Source of the DNA: Aplysia californica
Lineage: Eukaryota
Direction of reading: 5' to 3'
Length of the DNA: 64,000 nt
NCBI RefSeq assembly: GCF_000002075.1
Contig: NW_004797601.1
Coordinates: forward strand, 544,330 to 608,329
How positions within the stretch are numbered: the first letter of the stretch is position 1; each line of letters begins with the position of its first letter. Positions 51,001-62,994 of the stretch are shown here, piece by piece. A program made the translations under genes and the position numbers. The notes under the pieces are model-generated. The model had not been told where the DNA came from. It did not search any database and was given only the letters and a program-made list of their open reading frames with translations.

Positions 51001-54000
51001 TTGCAGGTTGACCATGTAGAGAAGAAGTATTGTGAGTGTCAAATTTCAAGTTTCAGGCTAGCTACTTTCATAGTAAGGGTAAAGATTTACAGAACACCCC
51101 TCATACAATATTTATCTAGGTATGTTCATCCAGTACCCCAAACTGCATCCTATATCCCATCTCATTTTTCCAAACCTCATCTCATTAGCCCCCCCCCCCC
51201 CTCCCCATCCCATCTCCTCCCACCATCATACTTAGTTTAAAAAAACCCAGAACAAAACAAAAAGAAAGCCAATTTGTGCCAACAAAGAAACTGATACTGA
51301 CTTCTCATTTATGGAATTGATCCAATTAAAATGAAATTTACCTGATTTGAATTCTTGACACTTTCAATCTCTGTGTGTAGATTGGCGATCATCATAGCCT
51401 TCACAGGGTACTCTTTGTCCTGAGAAAGACAGACTCAATGTAATGAATGCACCATGAAATATCGGAAACCAATAGCCTAAAAAAAAAATTGTTGGTGATA
51501 GTCATAGAGACGACGGCTTAGCCACGTGGCTTTCCAAGCGACCACCCTCGACGGTAAATTCATGAACGAGCATTCACGTGTGTTGCGCATCATAGGCTAA
51601 GGTTTAACTAAACATTAGCCAACACGCAGTCACTCAAACACCAGTCCAAAGAGATGCATTTCCAGTGACCAATCAAATAATGTTTCAGTCCGCCAACCCC
51701 CCAACATTTCACCGCCCAGTCCTAGACCTATGTGTCTGTGGAAAGTTGGGTGTGAAAACGCTGTCCATCCATCACTCTCATTGTTCAACGTAAGGGGCAG
51801 TCTCACCAAATATCCGTTTTTCTAGGCTTGTCAAATGCAAGATGTGCAGATTGTACAGTAGTCGTAAAGAAAATTTCCCCTAGTCAAGCTTTACCTGTCG
51901 CCGTGTTTCGCAGATCGGAGCGTACGTTTAGAGGGAGTGACCGTGTGTTTGTACATCTAAATTATATAGTAAAAAACCCGTCAGATGACGAAAGCATGCG
52001 TTTGAGCGGAGCGTGCTTTTGTATGGCATGCGTTTAGGCGGAGACTACTGTAGAGATAGAACTAGTCATACGTTCTATACAGGGTTCTTTTTTTATAACA
52101 CCTATAGGCCTATATATGCAAGTATTACATTCAATAAAGGTGCTCCGCTAGCTGGACTATAAATACAAAGTTTCAAATCCCTGACTGGGCTTTCTTAAAT
52201 TTGGGTCGTTTTGTGGAGTTCTCAAGGCTCTCAACCAATTTGTCTTGGTCCTATCAGCAACAGAAATAAATTTTGGAAGTCTTGCCTCTTGAATAACCAA
52301 ATAGTGTTGATAGGAGCATTGACTCCAAACACTTTACTTTACATTTAGCAAAGTCTCTCTGAAGACTGAGCAGCAAACAGGGCAGTGGCAGTTGCAACTG
52401 GTACAAGATAAGATAAGATAAGATACGAGATAATACTTTATTATCACAGCCGAAAATTTTTCTTGTCTGTACAGGACCAAAAAAACACATGTAGGTATAC
52501 ATAACATTTTTAAACTCTCATTAAAATTCAGAAAAGAGAAGTAAAGCAGACAAAATGTACATATCACATCAGATGCATCATTCATTTTCAACCACATGCA
52601 GGAATTTAATTACAAGAAGCGATACACAGTATGTTATTCTGACACTAGCCTTATGCTAGATCACCACCTATGACAGTTACATAAATGGAATATTTTGATC
52701 TTTTTACCTCATTCGCTATGCCGAGCCTTGGGGGGTGACGCGGGTAAAGTGCCGTCAGTACGCTAAGCCGCCCCCGGCGGCTTGAGAATTGATCTTCAAT
52801 TTTAGCTTAGATTCTATTCCAGTCCACATAACCATGTTAAAATAAAGGTCATAATATAATGTTGACTTCCGAGTCAAGCATTTCCACTGAAAATCGGAAG
52901 TTTATATTCAGTTTTGAAACGTGATTTCGTAGTTTATTCGACTTTGTTTTATCGCGATGCCAAAGTTATAGTCCGGACACCAGTCTTAGTAATTTTACAC
53001 AACAAAATCTATCATTATTTTGCCCACTATAGTATTGATACGATTGGACTCATATTGCCAATGCACTGTTATTGAGAAATGAATATTTTTGAGTGCCAGA
53101 TCTAGGTCTAGATCTAAATTGTCAAAATATTTTTTTTGTCCCTGAAATCACTACTTTTAGATGAAATTACACAAAATGTGCCACTCAAGACATGTATAGG
53201 TTTATTCCAAATGCAATTCTGAATAATTCCATATAAGATACGAGTGGGTTTTTCTGTTTGTGATCGTTTTTCAAGATTTTACAAAAATATTTTTTTTCAA
53301 TACCGGATGTTATGATCCAAATGTACAAATGTTATGGAATGTATGTAAATAACTGCAAACTTTTCAATATTTTCCAGTTCTATATTCATTTATGGTTATT
53401 TTGATGTATCATTTGACTAGGTGCAAGCATATTTTTTGAGTTTCACCAAAGATTATAAAGTTTTTATTTTCAAATTTTATCCGCATCCAATCAAAATTGT
53501 GTTGCATAATCGCCTCTTACAGGAAAAAAAGTTGAAAAATCCATAAATAAACATTACAGATGTATTCTACAATCCATACTGAAAATATTGGTAAATGATA
53601 TGTTGATATTTATTTGAATTTGTGGCCCCAAAGGCCTTTTAACTGCCCACTAGTCATCATCTCATTTGCCCTCCCGAAAAAAAATTGTCCACAAGCCAAA
53701 AATAATACGTAGCGAATGAGTTAAGTCTGGTATCTTGAATAACTTGGTCACCAAAACAACTCACCTTAAGAATTCGGCAATATCTCACACACACAAATAA
53801 GAAATAAAAGGGTTTATTTTTACTGACACATGGACAAGAAAATAAGAAAAAAAAACGGCTTTGTTTTAATTACAACCTAACACATCAAGACAAGACATTG
53901 TTGTTTAGTAATTTACCTTGTAGCTATGCAACACATTGAGTTCGTCTTGTTTAGACTTCAACTTGATGTCCATTTCTTCAAGTTCTCTCTCTAGAGCTGG

Positions 54001-57000
54001 GGAAACAGATGGTAACAGGCTTGGGCAAAAAATGTTCCAAATTCATGAAGTATCATCGGATTGCTATGCAATCTGAACAATGCTACCGATGTATGTGGTG
54101 CAGCAGTTAGACACTTTGATATTGCACACAAAAGACCGAGTTAAATTCCAGAGTGGGGAGAACATTTTTATAGAGTATAGCTGTTGTTCTGCTCAGATGT
54201 TGTATCCCTCTCAGCCCGAGTTGGCCCTGACAGGCAGGGTGGGAAGCTCACCTCATGAATGATCTAAATCGTGTCAATGGGGATGTAAAAACACCTACAT
54301 GTAAAAGAACAATTTTTTTGAGCAATGCTTCAAGTACACAAAATATGAAGTCTCATCAGATTTCTCCATAAAATGAACAACGTTTCAAGAACATTGAATT
54401 TCTAAGCAATCTTACATTTACTGGATTTATTCAATATTTACGCTGTCTTCTGTCAAGTACAATTCAATTCTGTTACCTTGTATTCTCAATCTGATGTTCT
54501 CTTTTGTGAATTCCAGATCACTCTGAGCTTCTGACAGTTCTTTCGCAAAATTTGTGTTGAGAGTCGCAATTCCACCCTGGAGGGAATAAATATTGATTGA
54601 AGTTCACATTTTTCAATGAAAGGTATTGGGGCAAAAAACACTGCCGTGTTGAGAGAAAGATCATAGAATAAAAAATTCTTATTCAGTATTAAAGACGAAT
54701 AAAATTCCTGCAACATTGAATATATCCTTTAAATATATATATATTTATATTCTTAAAGACAATTGAAGTACAAAAAAAGCCAATATCAACTTTCTACTGA
54801 GAACACAGCAGGTACATCATTTTGTGGAGTATTTTTCTTTTCCACATTTTTCCCCTTTTCATCATATCTCTCACAAACGTTTGTTAGTGTTTGAGCGCTT
54901 AATCGGCTGCTCGCACTGTATGCTTCCCGGGAAGCTGAGAATGTTTCGGAGTGTTCTATGGTCTGCTTGGGTAATAATATAGTGTAAAGCGCATAGAGCC
55001 TGCTGTTGAGCGGGGATATGCGCTATACAAATGCTATCTATTATTATTATTACAAACGTACCACGTCCACAGAGCTCTAAAATTGAAGTCAAAGAACTGC
55101 TCCTAATGCATTTTTGCTGTCCTTAGTTCATGTACCAACATTCATGCACTGACTCTTTGAAATCAGACCCAAAATATGTGCCAACAATGCTAATTTAGAC
55201 TGAAACACACAGGTATGCCTCACAACTCCATTGAATAACAGATGTAAAAAAACATACAAACAACTTTCAATGTTACATAAATTGGGAAAAAATAAACCAT
55301 TGAAACATATTAATCCTTTTAACACATTTCCTGAGGAAGATCAAGGCCCATGAAAGACCAGGTGCACTACCTAATACAATTGGACTCACCCTGAATTTTT
55401 CGTATTTCCTGAGCAACCTCTTTACTTCTGTGTGTGTCTCATGCTCTTGACTCTCAATTTCATTAGCGATGTCTAAATTCATTTCAATTCTGTCGATCGT
55501 TAAGAAAAATGTGTTTTCTGCTAGTCACTTCTGTCTACAGCATCACATTTCAATTGGAATATATTAAAAACAGCACTGGAACAAATGCGATTCATGGAAA
55601 AAAAATGATCTTAGTCCCAGCTTCTCTACCATTTTTAGCTTATCTAAATTCTGATTTATTTATTCAAATTGGAGTAAGATGACTTCAGTATTCCACTTTT
55701 CTACACTGTTGATTATAGAAAAATTGTGAGCAAAATATTTGTGTCCCCACTATTCTGGTTTTGGATTGGAACCCACAGGGTAAAAGGGTAAAAGATCAAG
55801 GGGAAAACTACTTGGAACCTGGAGAAGAGTCGCAGAAATCGATGTGCAGAAAAGTGGGAAGACTTTGAACAACATCAAGAGGCTAGCCCAGGATAGGGAA
55901 AGGTGGAAAGTGTTTGTTCGTGGCCTATACCCTGACCCAGGTTGAGAAAGGCAACGATGATGAGGACTATTTTACAGTGGAACTCGGATTCAACGAGCTC
56001 GGATTCAACGAGAACTCGGATTCAACGAGATGAGATAGATTCCCCGTTTTTTTTTCTTCTTTAAGATCAATAAATGTAACCCGGATTCAATGAGCACTTA
56101 ATCAGCAAGCTCCGATTCAACGAGGTGGCTTCCAGGGTGAACAGCCCCCGCAGACGTGGCTTCGCTCATTTTTCTCTGAAAACGAACTCAATCTATTCCC
56201 GAAAACCACCTTGCACCTGCATCGTGAACCATTATTCACTTAGCCAATTGCATGCGACTCATCAGCGGCATTTTTTCATACTAACGCATGCGTTGTTGGC
56301 ACATGCACGTGTCTACTTACTCTGGCGTGTGTTGGGGTCGGATGGGCGTCCTGCACACGTGTGGCTGTGTGCGTGTCGGGGAGGGGGGGGGGCACTAGCT
56401 GTCCGGGCGTTGAACATCAGATACAGACGCGTCACGGTCTTTTTTCCCCTCGGCAACTGATCATTATTACAATGATAAAAGCTAGTCTTGACGTAGATCT
56501 ACGTAATGAATTGTGCGCTGGTCTATGGAATCAAAAGTTGCCCTACGCTAGGCTCTACACAGCAACAAAACTTTTTGGTAAACAATCGAGATGACACAGG
56601 CGTGTGCATTTGAACAAATCGGTCTTTTTTTTACACAGCTCATAATATGCAGGCATTTCAGGCACTACTTGCGACTTCTCTCTATACATTATTTGCTCAG
56701 TGCCTGTAATGATGTATACAAAACCTTGTGTTTGGTATAACGAACACTCGGATTCAACGAGATTTTAGGTCAGGCCCGGCGACCTCGTTGAATCCGAGTT
56801 CCACTGTAGTTGTGTCTATTAGATTCACAAGAGAATTGTTTCATAGATTTGGTTGTTTTACTGTAATTTAATGAGAAGAAATGCAACTAAATGAGTTGTT
56901 TCTGAACAGTGATACTTTCAAAATATCAGGCTAAATACTAAACGCATTATAATTCAGGACTGATAAATTTCCACAATTTTCTATTTTCATGCAATGCAAA

Positions 57001-60000
57001 ACATGATTGATCTATTCAGAAAGTGAAAGCAATAGAATATCACCCATTTTGAATCTTAAAGTTGATCTGGTTGTTGAGCAGTTTGATTTCATGTTTCCCT
57101 GTTACCATAGTTTGTTCCGATCTGTACTTTTCAAAATTCTTACATGCAATTCATAGCCTTGTTAAAAAGTCATAGCCTTCCATTAAATAACAATCTTTGT
57201 AGGTAGCGTAAACACGGCCTTGCGGGCACTCGTGGCCTTCCGACCGCGTGGTATCGGTAAAATCGGGGTAATTCCGATCGCTGTTTCTTTGCTCTTTCGC
57301 TATAAAACACCAAATGCCGTACACCTTGTAAAAGTTCAGCTTTTCCTCATTACAATGGTGTAGGTTGTTTATATGTCCGATTATTAGGAGCTGGAGAATC
57401 GCCGACGAAAGGGAAGCCCCTCGCGGTCGGAATGCGACATCGGCCGGTTGAAAAATTGACACGCGTGCATTCAAATGCTTCGCGGAACGAGGGATGATTA
57501 AATACCGTCTTTTCATTGGCGGAGAACTGTAGAGCTTTAAACGAGCTTTCCCGTGATATAAGTTTAGCCTTTGGCGTCTTTATAGAAAGCTTTTAAAAAT
57601 ACCGTCAAAATGTTTAAAGATCCCTTTTTACACAAAATATGTATAATACCGACTTATAACAGGTATCAATTAAAAGATCAGTTCATTTTCTATTAGAATA
57701 AAGTTATTAACTTGGAATTATTTTTCATCAATCCTTCCGCGAGACTCAGAAAGCATGTGACCCCGCACGCGGGATACACTACAGTATAGAGCCGACTCGC
57801 TCGCCGCGGGGGCCGGTGCGGCGCCGCCGGGTCAACGCTCAGTGTTTTTGTCGAAATAACGACAGATCATCGTGTTTGGAGTGATAAAATACTGATTTGT
57901 AAAGATCTCACAGTCTTGAGAAAAATAAGGCTCCATATATTTGTTATAGTGATTGTACTCTGTTAATGTGGAGATGTTTAGTGCACTTGGCACTTTTTTT
58001 ATTGTCTGTCAAACATGGGGTTGCAGCCACTGACTGACTTTAACAAATTTGATCAAATTTTAAACAACTACAATTTTCTTAAATATTGACTGAGAGGTTA
58101 AAGAATGGTACCAAAATGCTCAGTGGATATAGACCTTTCAAATGGAACAGATAAATTTGGCATACAGCTAGTTTGAAAATTTAGTTTCTGGTACCTAATC
58201 TTTGTCAGTGGAAATGAATAAATTCATTTTTATATGAGAGATGTAATTTTCATGAATCTGAATCTAAATTTCATTATATTTTCTATTGTCCAAATTTTGT
58301 CCATCAAAGGAAGTTGTTAATTCCTCCCAACCTGACTCAGCACATGTTTGACCCATGATAAGAGATATTTGCACAACCTGTACTTTTTTCTTATGGAAAC
58401 TTTATAATTTAACAAACAAATTTTTTATGATGTGATGTGGGCCAATGACCTTAAACACTGAATATATTTACTTACATTCAATTCAATATGGTTCATAAAT
58501 GATACGCATACACCAAAATTCTTTTTCTCAATCTTAAAAAATAGCAAACAACTTTTCCAGTGATATTGATAGCACTGTTACAAGTTAAAATGAAAACAGT
58601 GTTTTACTTTGTTAACCTTGTCATATAGTTAATCCACAACACAGCCATGGGACATTGTAATTGAACAGATCAAGACACAATACAATGACAGTTTTGTTAG
58701 CTCCAAAATGCTGTCATTTCTCATTAGAAAAATTGAAGATCAAAGCAATTAAAATCTCGGCTCGGGGGATAAGGTTTCAAACAAAAGGATACAGTTCTTT
58801 GGCCCTTCTGTTGTAGAGCTGCACAGACTGTCTTGCATTGGAGATCTTGAGCTATATTGGTTAAAAATCAAACAAAACAGAAGAAATATAGAAATTGAAA
58901 AAAAAATGATGGTTGGAAGATTTACTCTCAATGGCAACCTTGCATAAACATTTTTAGGTTATGACTACTATTACTAACTACTAATTGATCATTATTTCAT
59001 CGATTTTTTATTTATACAAAATACATGCTTGCACACATACATAACACAATTGTCAGGTTGTTGAATTTTTTTTGTCATTTACAAATTTCCAAATGTACAT
59101 GTTTTAAATACAAAAGAAAGACATATAATATAATATAAGAACAAAGTCAGGACCTGATATTTATATGCTATGTGTGTTTCTTATGTACCTGCTAGATTGT
59201 ATTTCAAACTTTCTCATGGTAGCCAGAATAAGCCCATTCTGTTTTCTCACCACTTTCACAAGACAAGCTGTCTTTGTTGTGCTTTTCACGCATGCAGAGT
59301 TTCAATGGTGTCCTAAAAACTCACTCATAACTCTGATAGCAGAGGCTGGAGAAAAGCTATGAAAAGTTGCAAGCAACAAAGCTTTAAAACAGAATCTTTG
59401 GCATGTGAACATTTCATGACAAAATTTGTTCGGATGAGCTTACTGCTGTATAAGAAAGGTAGTAAAAGAAAAATGAGTGTGTATCTGTGTGTGTGTGGAG
59501 GTGGTGGTGGTGGTGGGAGGTTTGCATACTTCCGAACCCAAAACTTTTCAAGGGCTTCACAAAATGATTGTAAATTTATTCATAATAATCTGACATCATA
59601 GACTCCCTCAAAGCTCAGCACAAACCCAGCATGGTGACTCTTTGTCAAAGTACACTCTGTGGTGTAGCGGTGGTGCTTTTCTGGAGACCCGAATTCAATT
59701 TCTGAGTGGGAAGAAAATTTTTATTGAACATCTTGGTCTTTCCGCTTGATTGTATCCTTCTCAGCCCAGGATGGCCCTGACAGGTAGGGTCGGAAGCCTG
59801 CCACCTGAATGATTTTAATTGTGTCGATAGGAGCATGAGAACACCTACATAAAAAAATAACCCCTCAAAAAACAAAACGTACCTCAAGCATGTTGAGCTT
59901 CTCTTGCTGTATTCTTCTCTCCTCCTCCATCCTGGCTTGAGCTCTCCGACCTCGAGGAATCGGAGTGGGTGCAGTGTCTGCCGAGCATGCTCTGTTCAGT

Positions 60001-61686
60001 GTTCCCACTTTAAAGGTCATTGGTGTATCTGTATAAGATCAAACCAAAGTGTGAAGGTCAGTTTTAGTAAGAGTATTATGGCACTTGCTACACAATTGGG
60101 TTATAAGTGCTGAAGACTAGAGAGTACCAAATACAAAGAAAAGAAGAAGGAGAGATAAGGACGAAATATGTTTAATAGACAAGAAAGAGTAAATCCACCT
60201 CAAATAAATATAGTCATAACAAAACTGAATATTGGATTACCACGTTGACAACCAAAGCATGGTATCAAAGGAAGCTTAAAGAAACTGAATCAAAATATAA
60301 AACAGGAACAGGAAAAATTTGACAAAAGCAATATTTTTTTTTCTTCTTAAGTCTTGTCCGGCATGTCTGTGCTGAGATGAGAATCTTATCAGCAACCGAT
60401 TACGTCGGACGTTCCGGGCAGGCCTCTGGGATCACTCAGTGTGTACTGTTGGTGTACAGTGCACGCGCGCCGGGAAACATGTGTTTTCGCCATGAATACC
60501 GTGGGGGGAGTGTGTTAATCGATGATGAAAATAACGCTCTATCTTTTATAGTTTTCTATTTATAATGTGTTACAAACACATGAATAACCCCCTCTCCCAA
60601 GCTGAATGACCTGAGATTCAAAAGGGGATAAGATAGGTCAATTTCCGAATGTTTTGCACTTAAATTGTTCTTTGTACCTGCACAATGGTATTCAAAACTA
60701 TCAAACAAGCTTATTTCTTATCAGGTAATATCATTTCATACAAAATCAAGGTCATTTGAAAGATTTTGTATAGAAAAATGGAAGTCTTGTTTCCTGACTA
60801 TCCTTTCGAGCTCCTCATGTCTCTAAGTGGGTCAATTTCTTCTATAATTTCATTTGACGGACATCTAGAGCTACCAACTAGGGGTGTTTTGAATGCGACG
60901 TATGCCTTGATATTACAAACCAATGCAGGCGGTTCTAGAAGAAGGCCACAAACGCACACAAACTCAAGCAGACAGACGCACACACACTTGACCAGCGTGA
61001 ATGGGGATCCGACACGGGACCCGCATTGAACGTGAGATGATGCTCCGCGCACGTGCGCTGAGCCAGGGGCTAGACTGACTCGGGACCAGAACGCAGGCAA
61101 GGTGCCGACATAGGCTTATCAGGCGACATAAACCCGGCCCCCGCAGGACGAGGGTTAATAAAACACGACTTCGCCCACGTAAATGAACACATAGAATTGA
61201 AAGCAGTATAAATTTTTCATATATAAACATGGCAAATTATTAGTAGTAGTAGAGTCTGCTTAAACCAAAAATCTGCTGGAAAGGTGGTTTGACATGGGTT
61301 TTTTGGGAGGGTTTAGAAAGGTTGATGAAATAGAATTTAAGACAGTTTGGAATTACATTTTCTTTCAGTTAGTTTACTGCTATTTTCAGATTAATCCTGT
61401 TTAGTTTAATTAAGCAGACTCCAGTGTATATTGCACATGCAGGTTTCTCTCTCTCTCCCTTTCTCTCTCTCTCTGTCTGTCTATCTATATATTATGTAAA
61501 ATTAATCATACCTTGTACTTTCTTTTTGGGAGCTGGAGGCCTGAGTACTCTCTCTTTCCTTTGCCATTGGTCATACTTGGAAAAGTCAACATTCAGCTGA
61601 TTCCCAAGTGATTTCAGGAGCTCATCATTTGCAAACTGAGATCGATCAATTCGACCCATTGCTTTCTTCCCCCATTCAGCTGCCAT
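41959..61686 (-). CDS. C20orf96: C20orf96 homologue (DUF4618 coiled-coil protein), 369 aa. Exons 5'->3': 61686-61512, 60028-59883, 58851-58793, 55489-55390, 54576-54477, 53996-53917, 51419-51342, 50558-50457, 48024-47959, 47222-47080, 42019-41959
   Basis: The 11 exons sum to 1110 nt with consistent phases. SYKDKEYPVKA and the C-terminal KCTPDMDVVLDIP match recalled human C20orf96 motifs (YMDHEYSIKS; KCTPDMDVILNIP). Confidence 0.88.
42379..44827. mobile_element. hAT-like non-autonomous element
   Basis: TIR CAGAGCTG / CAGCTCTG, 8-bp TSD TGACTGAC, AAGTAC-rich subterminal repeats at both ends. Confidence 0.9.
42577..43366. mobile_element. Tc1/mariner-type MITE nested in the hAT-like element
   Basis: TA|CAGTCC(A/G)TGCCGGCT(T/A)TAAGCACG TIR, TA TSD. 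Confidence 0.9.
45837..46637 (+). mobile_element. Tc1/mariner-type MITE family 1 (runs into a gap)
   Basis: Highly similar to 17107-17923. Confidence 0.9.
47080..47222 (-). CDS. C20orf96: C20orf96 exon 10 (EIDFHK...FPNRGK)
   Basis: gccag acceptor, gtgagt donor, phase 0-2. Confidence 0.9.
47280..47432. repeat. (CAT)n degenerate microsatellite
   Basis: Direct inspection. Confidence 0.85.
47959..48024 (-). CDS. C20orf96: C20orf96 exon 9 (EAVAMMHPSLKDMALQNLVMKK)
   Basis: tttcag acceptor, gtttgc donor, phase 0-0. Confidence 0.88.
48155..48310 (+). mobile_element. Old SINE-like family F fragment
   Basis: GGTTCGAAT head, AAGCTCTCAACC..TTTGG and AATTTGGAGG core; relatives near 15755, 16660 and 52160. 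Confidence 0.55.
48838..48928. repeat. (ATCT/ATCC)n microsatellite
   Basis: Direct inspection. Confidence 0.9.
49828..50356 (-). mobile_element. tRNA-derived SINE family A, full length
   Basis: Reverse copy with poly(A) tail; 11-bp TSD TACTGGAGACT (49817-49827 and 50357-50367). Confidence 0.95.
50457..50558 (-). CDS. C20orf96: C20orf96 exon 8 (EDQEELEHII...RQVTE)
   Basis: ggcag acceptor, gtgagg donor. Confidence 0.9.
50690..51105 (+). mobile_element. Degenerate mariner transposase C-terminal remnant
   Basis: LLLHNNAPAH (cf. LHDNAPAH), PPYSP.SDF, LKKILKG..FHSNEE, KWQNCV...DHVEK; frameshifted. Confidence 0.75.
51342..51419 (-). CDS. C20orf96: C20orf96 exon 7 (DKEYPVKAMMIANL...SNQ)
   Basis: tctcag acceptor, gtaaat donor. 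Confidence 0.9.
51504..52050 (-). mobile_element. MITE family 3 partial copy
   Basis: Reverse homology to 39337-39975; TTAGGCGGAGACTACTG|TA end. Confidence 0.8.
52708..53720. mobile_element. piggyBac-like non-autonomous element
   Basis: TIR CTCATTCGCTA / TAGCGAATGAG; TTAA on the right, TTAC on the left. Confidence 0.7.
53917..53996 (-). CDS. C20orf96: C20orf96 exon 6 (LERELEEMD...HSYK)
   Basis: ccccag acceptor, gtaaat donor, phase 1-0. Confidence 0.9.
54477..54576 (-). CDS. C20orf96: C20orf96 exon 5 (GGIATLNTNF...LRIQ)
   Basis: ctccag acceptor, gtaaca donor, phase 0-1. Confidence 0.9.
54871..55052 (+). mobile_element. SINE family D 3' half
   Basis: CTGTATGCTTCCC..GAAGCTGAGAAT..TGTAAAGCGCATAGAG..(TAT)n tail. 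Confidence 0.75.
55390..55489 (-). CDS. C20orf96: C20orf96 exon 4 (IEMNLDIANE...YEKFR)
   Basis: U12-type acceptor, gtgagt donor, phase 2-0. Confidence 0.9.
55755..55965 (+). mobile_element. RTE LINE 3' fragment
   Basis: DWNPQGKR, TWRR, LAQDRERWKVFVRGL; GAT-repeat tail. Confidence 0.82.
55975..56806. mobile_element. Tc1/mariner(pogo/Tigger)-type MITE
   Basis: Perfect 23-bp TIR CAGTGGAACTCGGATTCAACGAG, TA TSD, subterminal copies of the TIR core. Confidence 0.93.
58793..58851 (-). CDS. C20orf96: C20orf96 exon 3 (LKISNARQSVQLYNRRAKEL)
   Basis: atag acceptor, GTATCCTTT U12 donor, phase 0-2 bridges exons 2 and 4. Confidence 0.85.
59883..60028 (-). CDS. C20orf96: C20orf96 exon 2 (TPMTFKVG...KLNMLE)
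   Basis: tacag acceptor, gtacgt donor, phase 1-0. Confidence 0.85.
61512..61686 (-). CDS. C20orf96: C20orf96 first coding exon (MAAEWGKK...KKKVQ)
   Basis: AAAATGG start context, 13 nt after an acceptor (exon begins 61699); gtatga donor. Confidence 0.85.
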
Positions 61687-62209
61687 TTTGAGTGTACAGC
61701 TGTCAGACAAATAAAAGCAAGATATAAAAGGGCCAGTGAACTCAGAAGACACTAGAGAGTATCAACTAAGATTCCTCAAGTGTTGAAAGCACAATGACAG
61801 GGATTTTTTAAAAACTATACATCAGCAGGGTACACTCAAATATCTGACTTGTTGTTTGTCTTTGTTTTCGTCTGTCTTCCACATCTTTTTGTTAACTCAC
61901 AGAGTAGACTACATGATCATATGCAGCTTGGTTCCCTACACTGAAAAATACAGTACCATAGTATTATACCTTTTGTAACCATATAGTCACATTCAGCTGA
62001 ATAATGAGGATTAGCTGTTTAGGATGGGGTGCTCCTCGTCACTGAACTGACCGCGATAGATAGATCTAGATCTAGATATCTAGGCCCTCGCTTTTAAAGT
62101 TATTCATTGAGCTCTCTCTGTCTTTCTTCAGGCACTAGATCTAGTCTACAATGATGTCACTAAGTTATTGCGTATTATCAAAGTGATCTGACTTAGCCGC
62201 CAGGCATAA

Positions 62210-62300
62210 TTATTACTTCGCTTCCTATTCCTCGTTTTCAGTCGCAATCCACAATAATAGTCGCCATTTTCCAAGCTATTGTTACCCGGGTGATATTTTA
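62210..62300 (-). promoter_or_regulatory. Probable TSS / 5' UTR exon region of C20orf96
   Basis: The acceptor at 61700 requires an upstream exon; YY1-like AAAATGGCG at 62270-62262; local CpGs. Confidence 0.4.
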
Positions 62301-62994
62301 TTGGTTTTGAAACGATAGTTAGATCTAGACATTATTGATTTAAATAAAATTTAGATAAACAATATGAATTTATTTTTGTATATAATGACGTTTATTAAGG
62401 TATCAGAATAATTTATTATCTTATTTCTAAATGTTAAGTAGGTTTCAAACTGATGAAAGATCCAGGCCATGTATCATGAACCGGAAATACTCCAAGGCGG
62501 GCTGTATGATGATATCAGAACCCAAACATTGACTTTCCATAGAGGGGATTTCTACTTTCGGTTTTTAGTTTCGATGTCCCTTTTAATTTTTAGTCTTACA
62601 ACAGTGGAATGATCGGTTGTGGAAGTTCTGTCGATATCATGATTGACATCTGCTAAACGTGTCTGTGTATGACGTTTGAGAACTGACTTACTGTGGACTG
62701 TGGGTGTACTTTCCAACCTGAACCTAGAAGAGTAGAGCCAGTAGACTGAAAGAGCAAAGACATGAATAATAATAGCAGTTGTAGGGTCGTTTTTATCCTG
62801 AGAAAAAGTAAGTTTTAATTTATTTAGATCATAGAATGCTTGCACTGTGACTATAAATTAGAGTAACTAGATTTAGACACCCCCCCCCAGCTAGCACTGC
62901 TTCTGCACTAAGAGATTCCCAACTTGATTTTCGTGGAGAAAAAAGCCGCTGGAGGGGCCCTGACGTGGCCGGGAATTTAAAGACTTCAAGTATA

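Larger units (their letters stand above)
55490..58792 (-). other. U12-type (minor spliceosome) GT-AG intron
   Basis: 5' GTATCCTTTT; branch site TTTCTTAAC (55507-55499) 9 nt before the end of the intron; no polypyrimidine tract. Confidence 0.88.

Noticed and set aside
57043-57121. Candidate C20orf96 exon (HEIKLLNNQINFKIQNG)
   Set aside because: Phases do not fit neighbouring exons; the U12 junction gives a complete frame without it.
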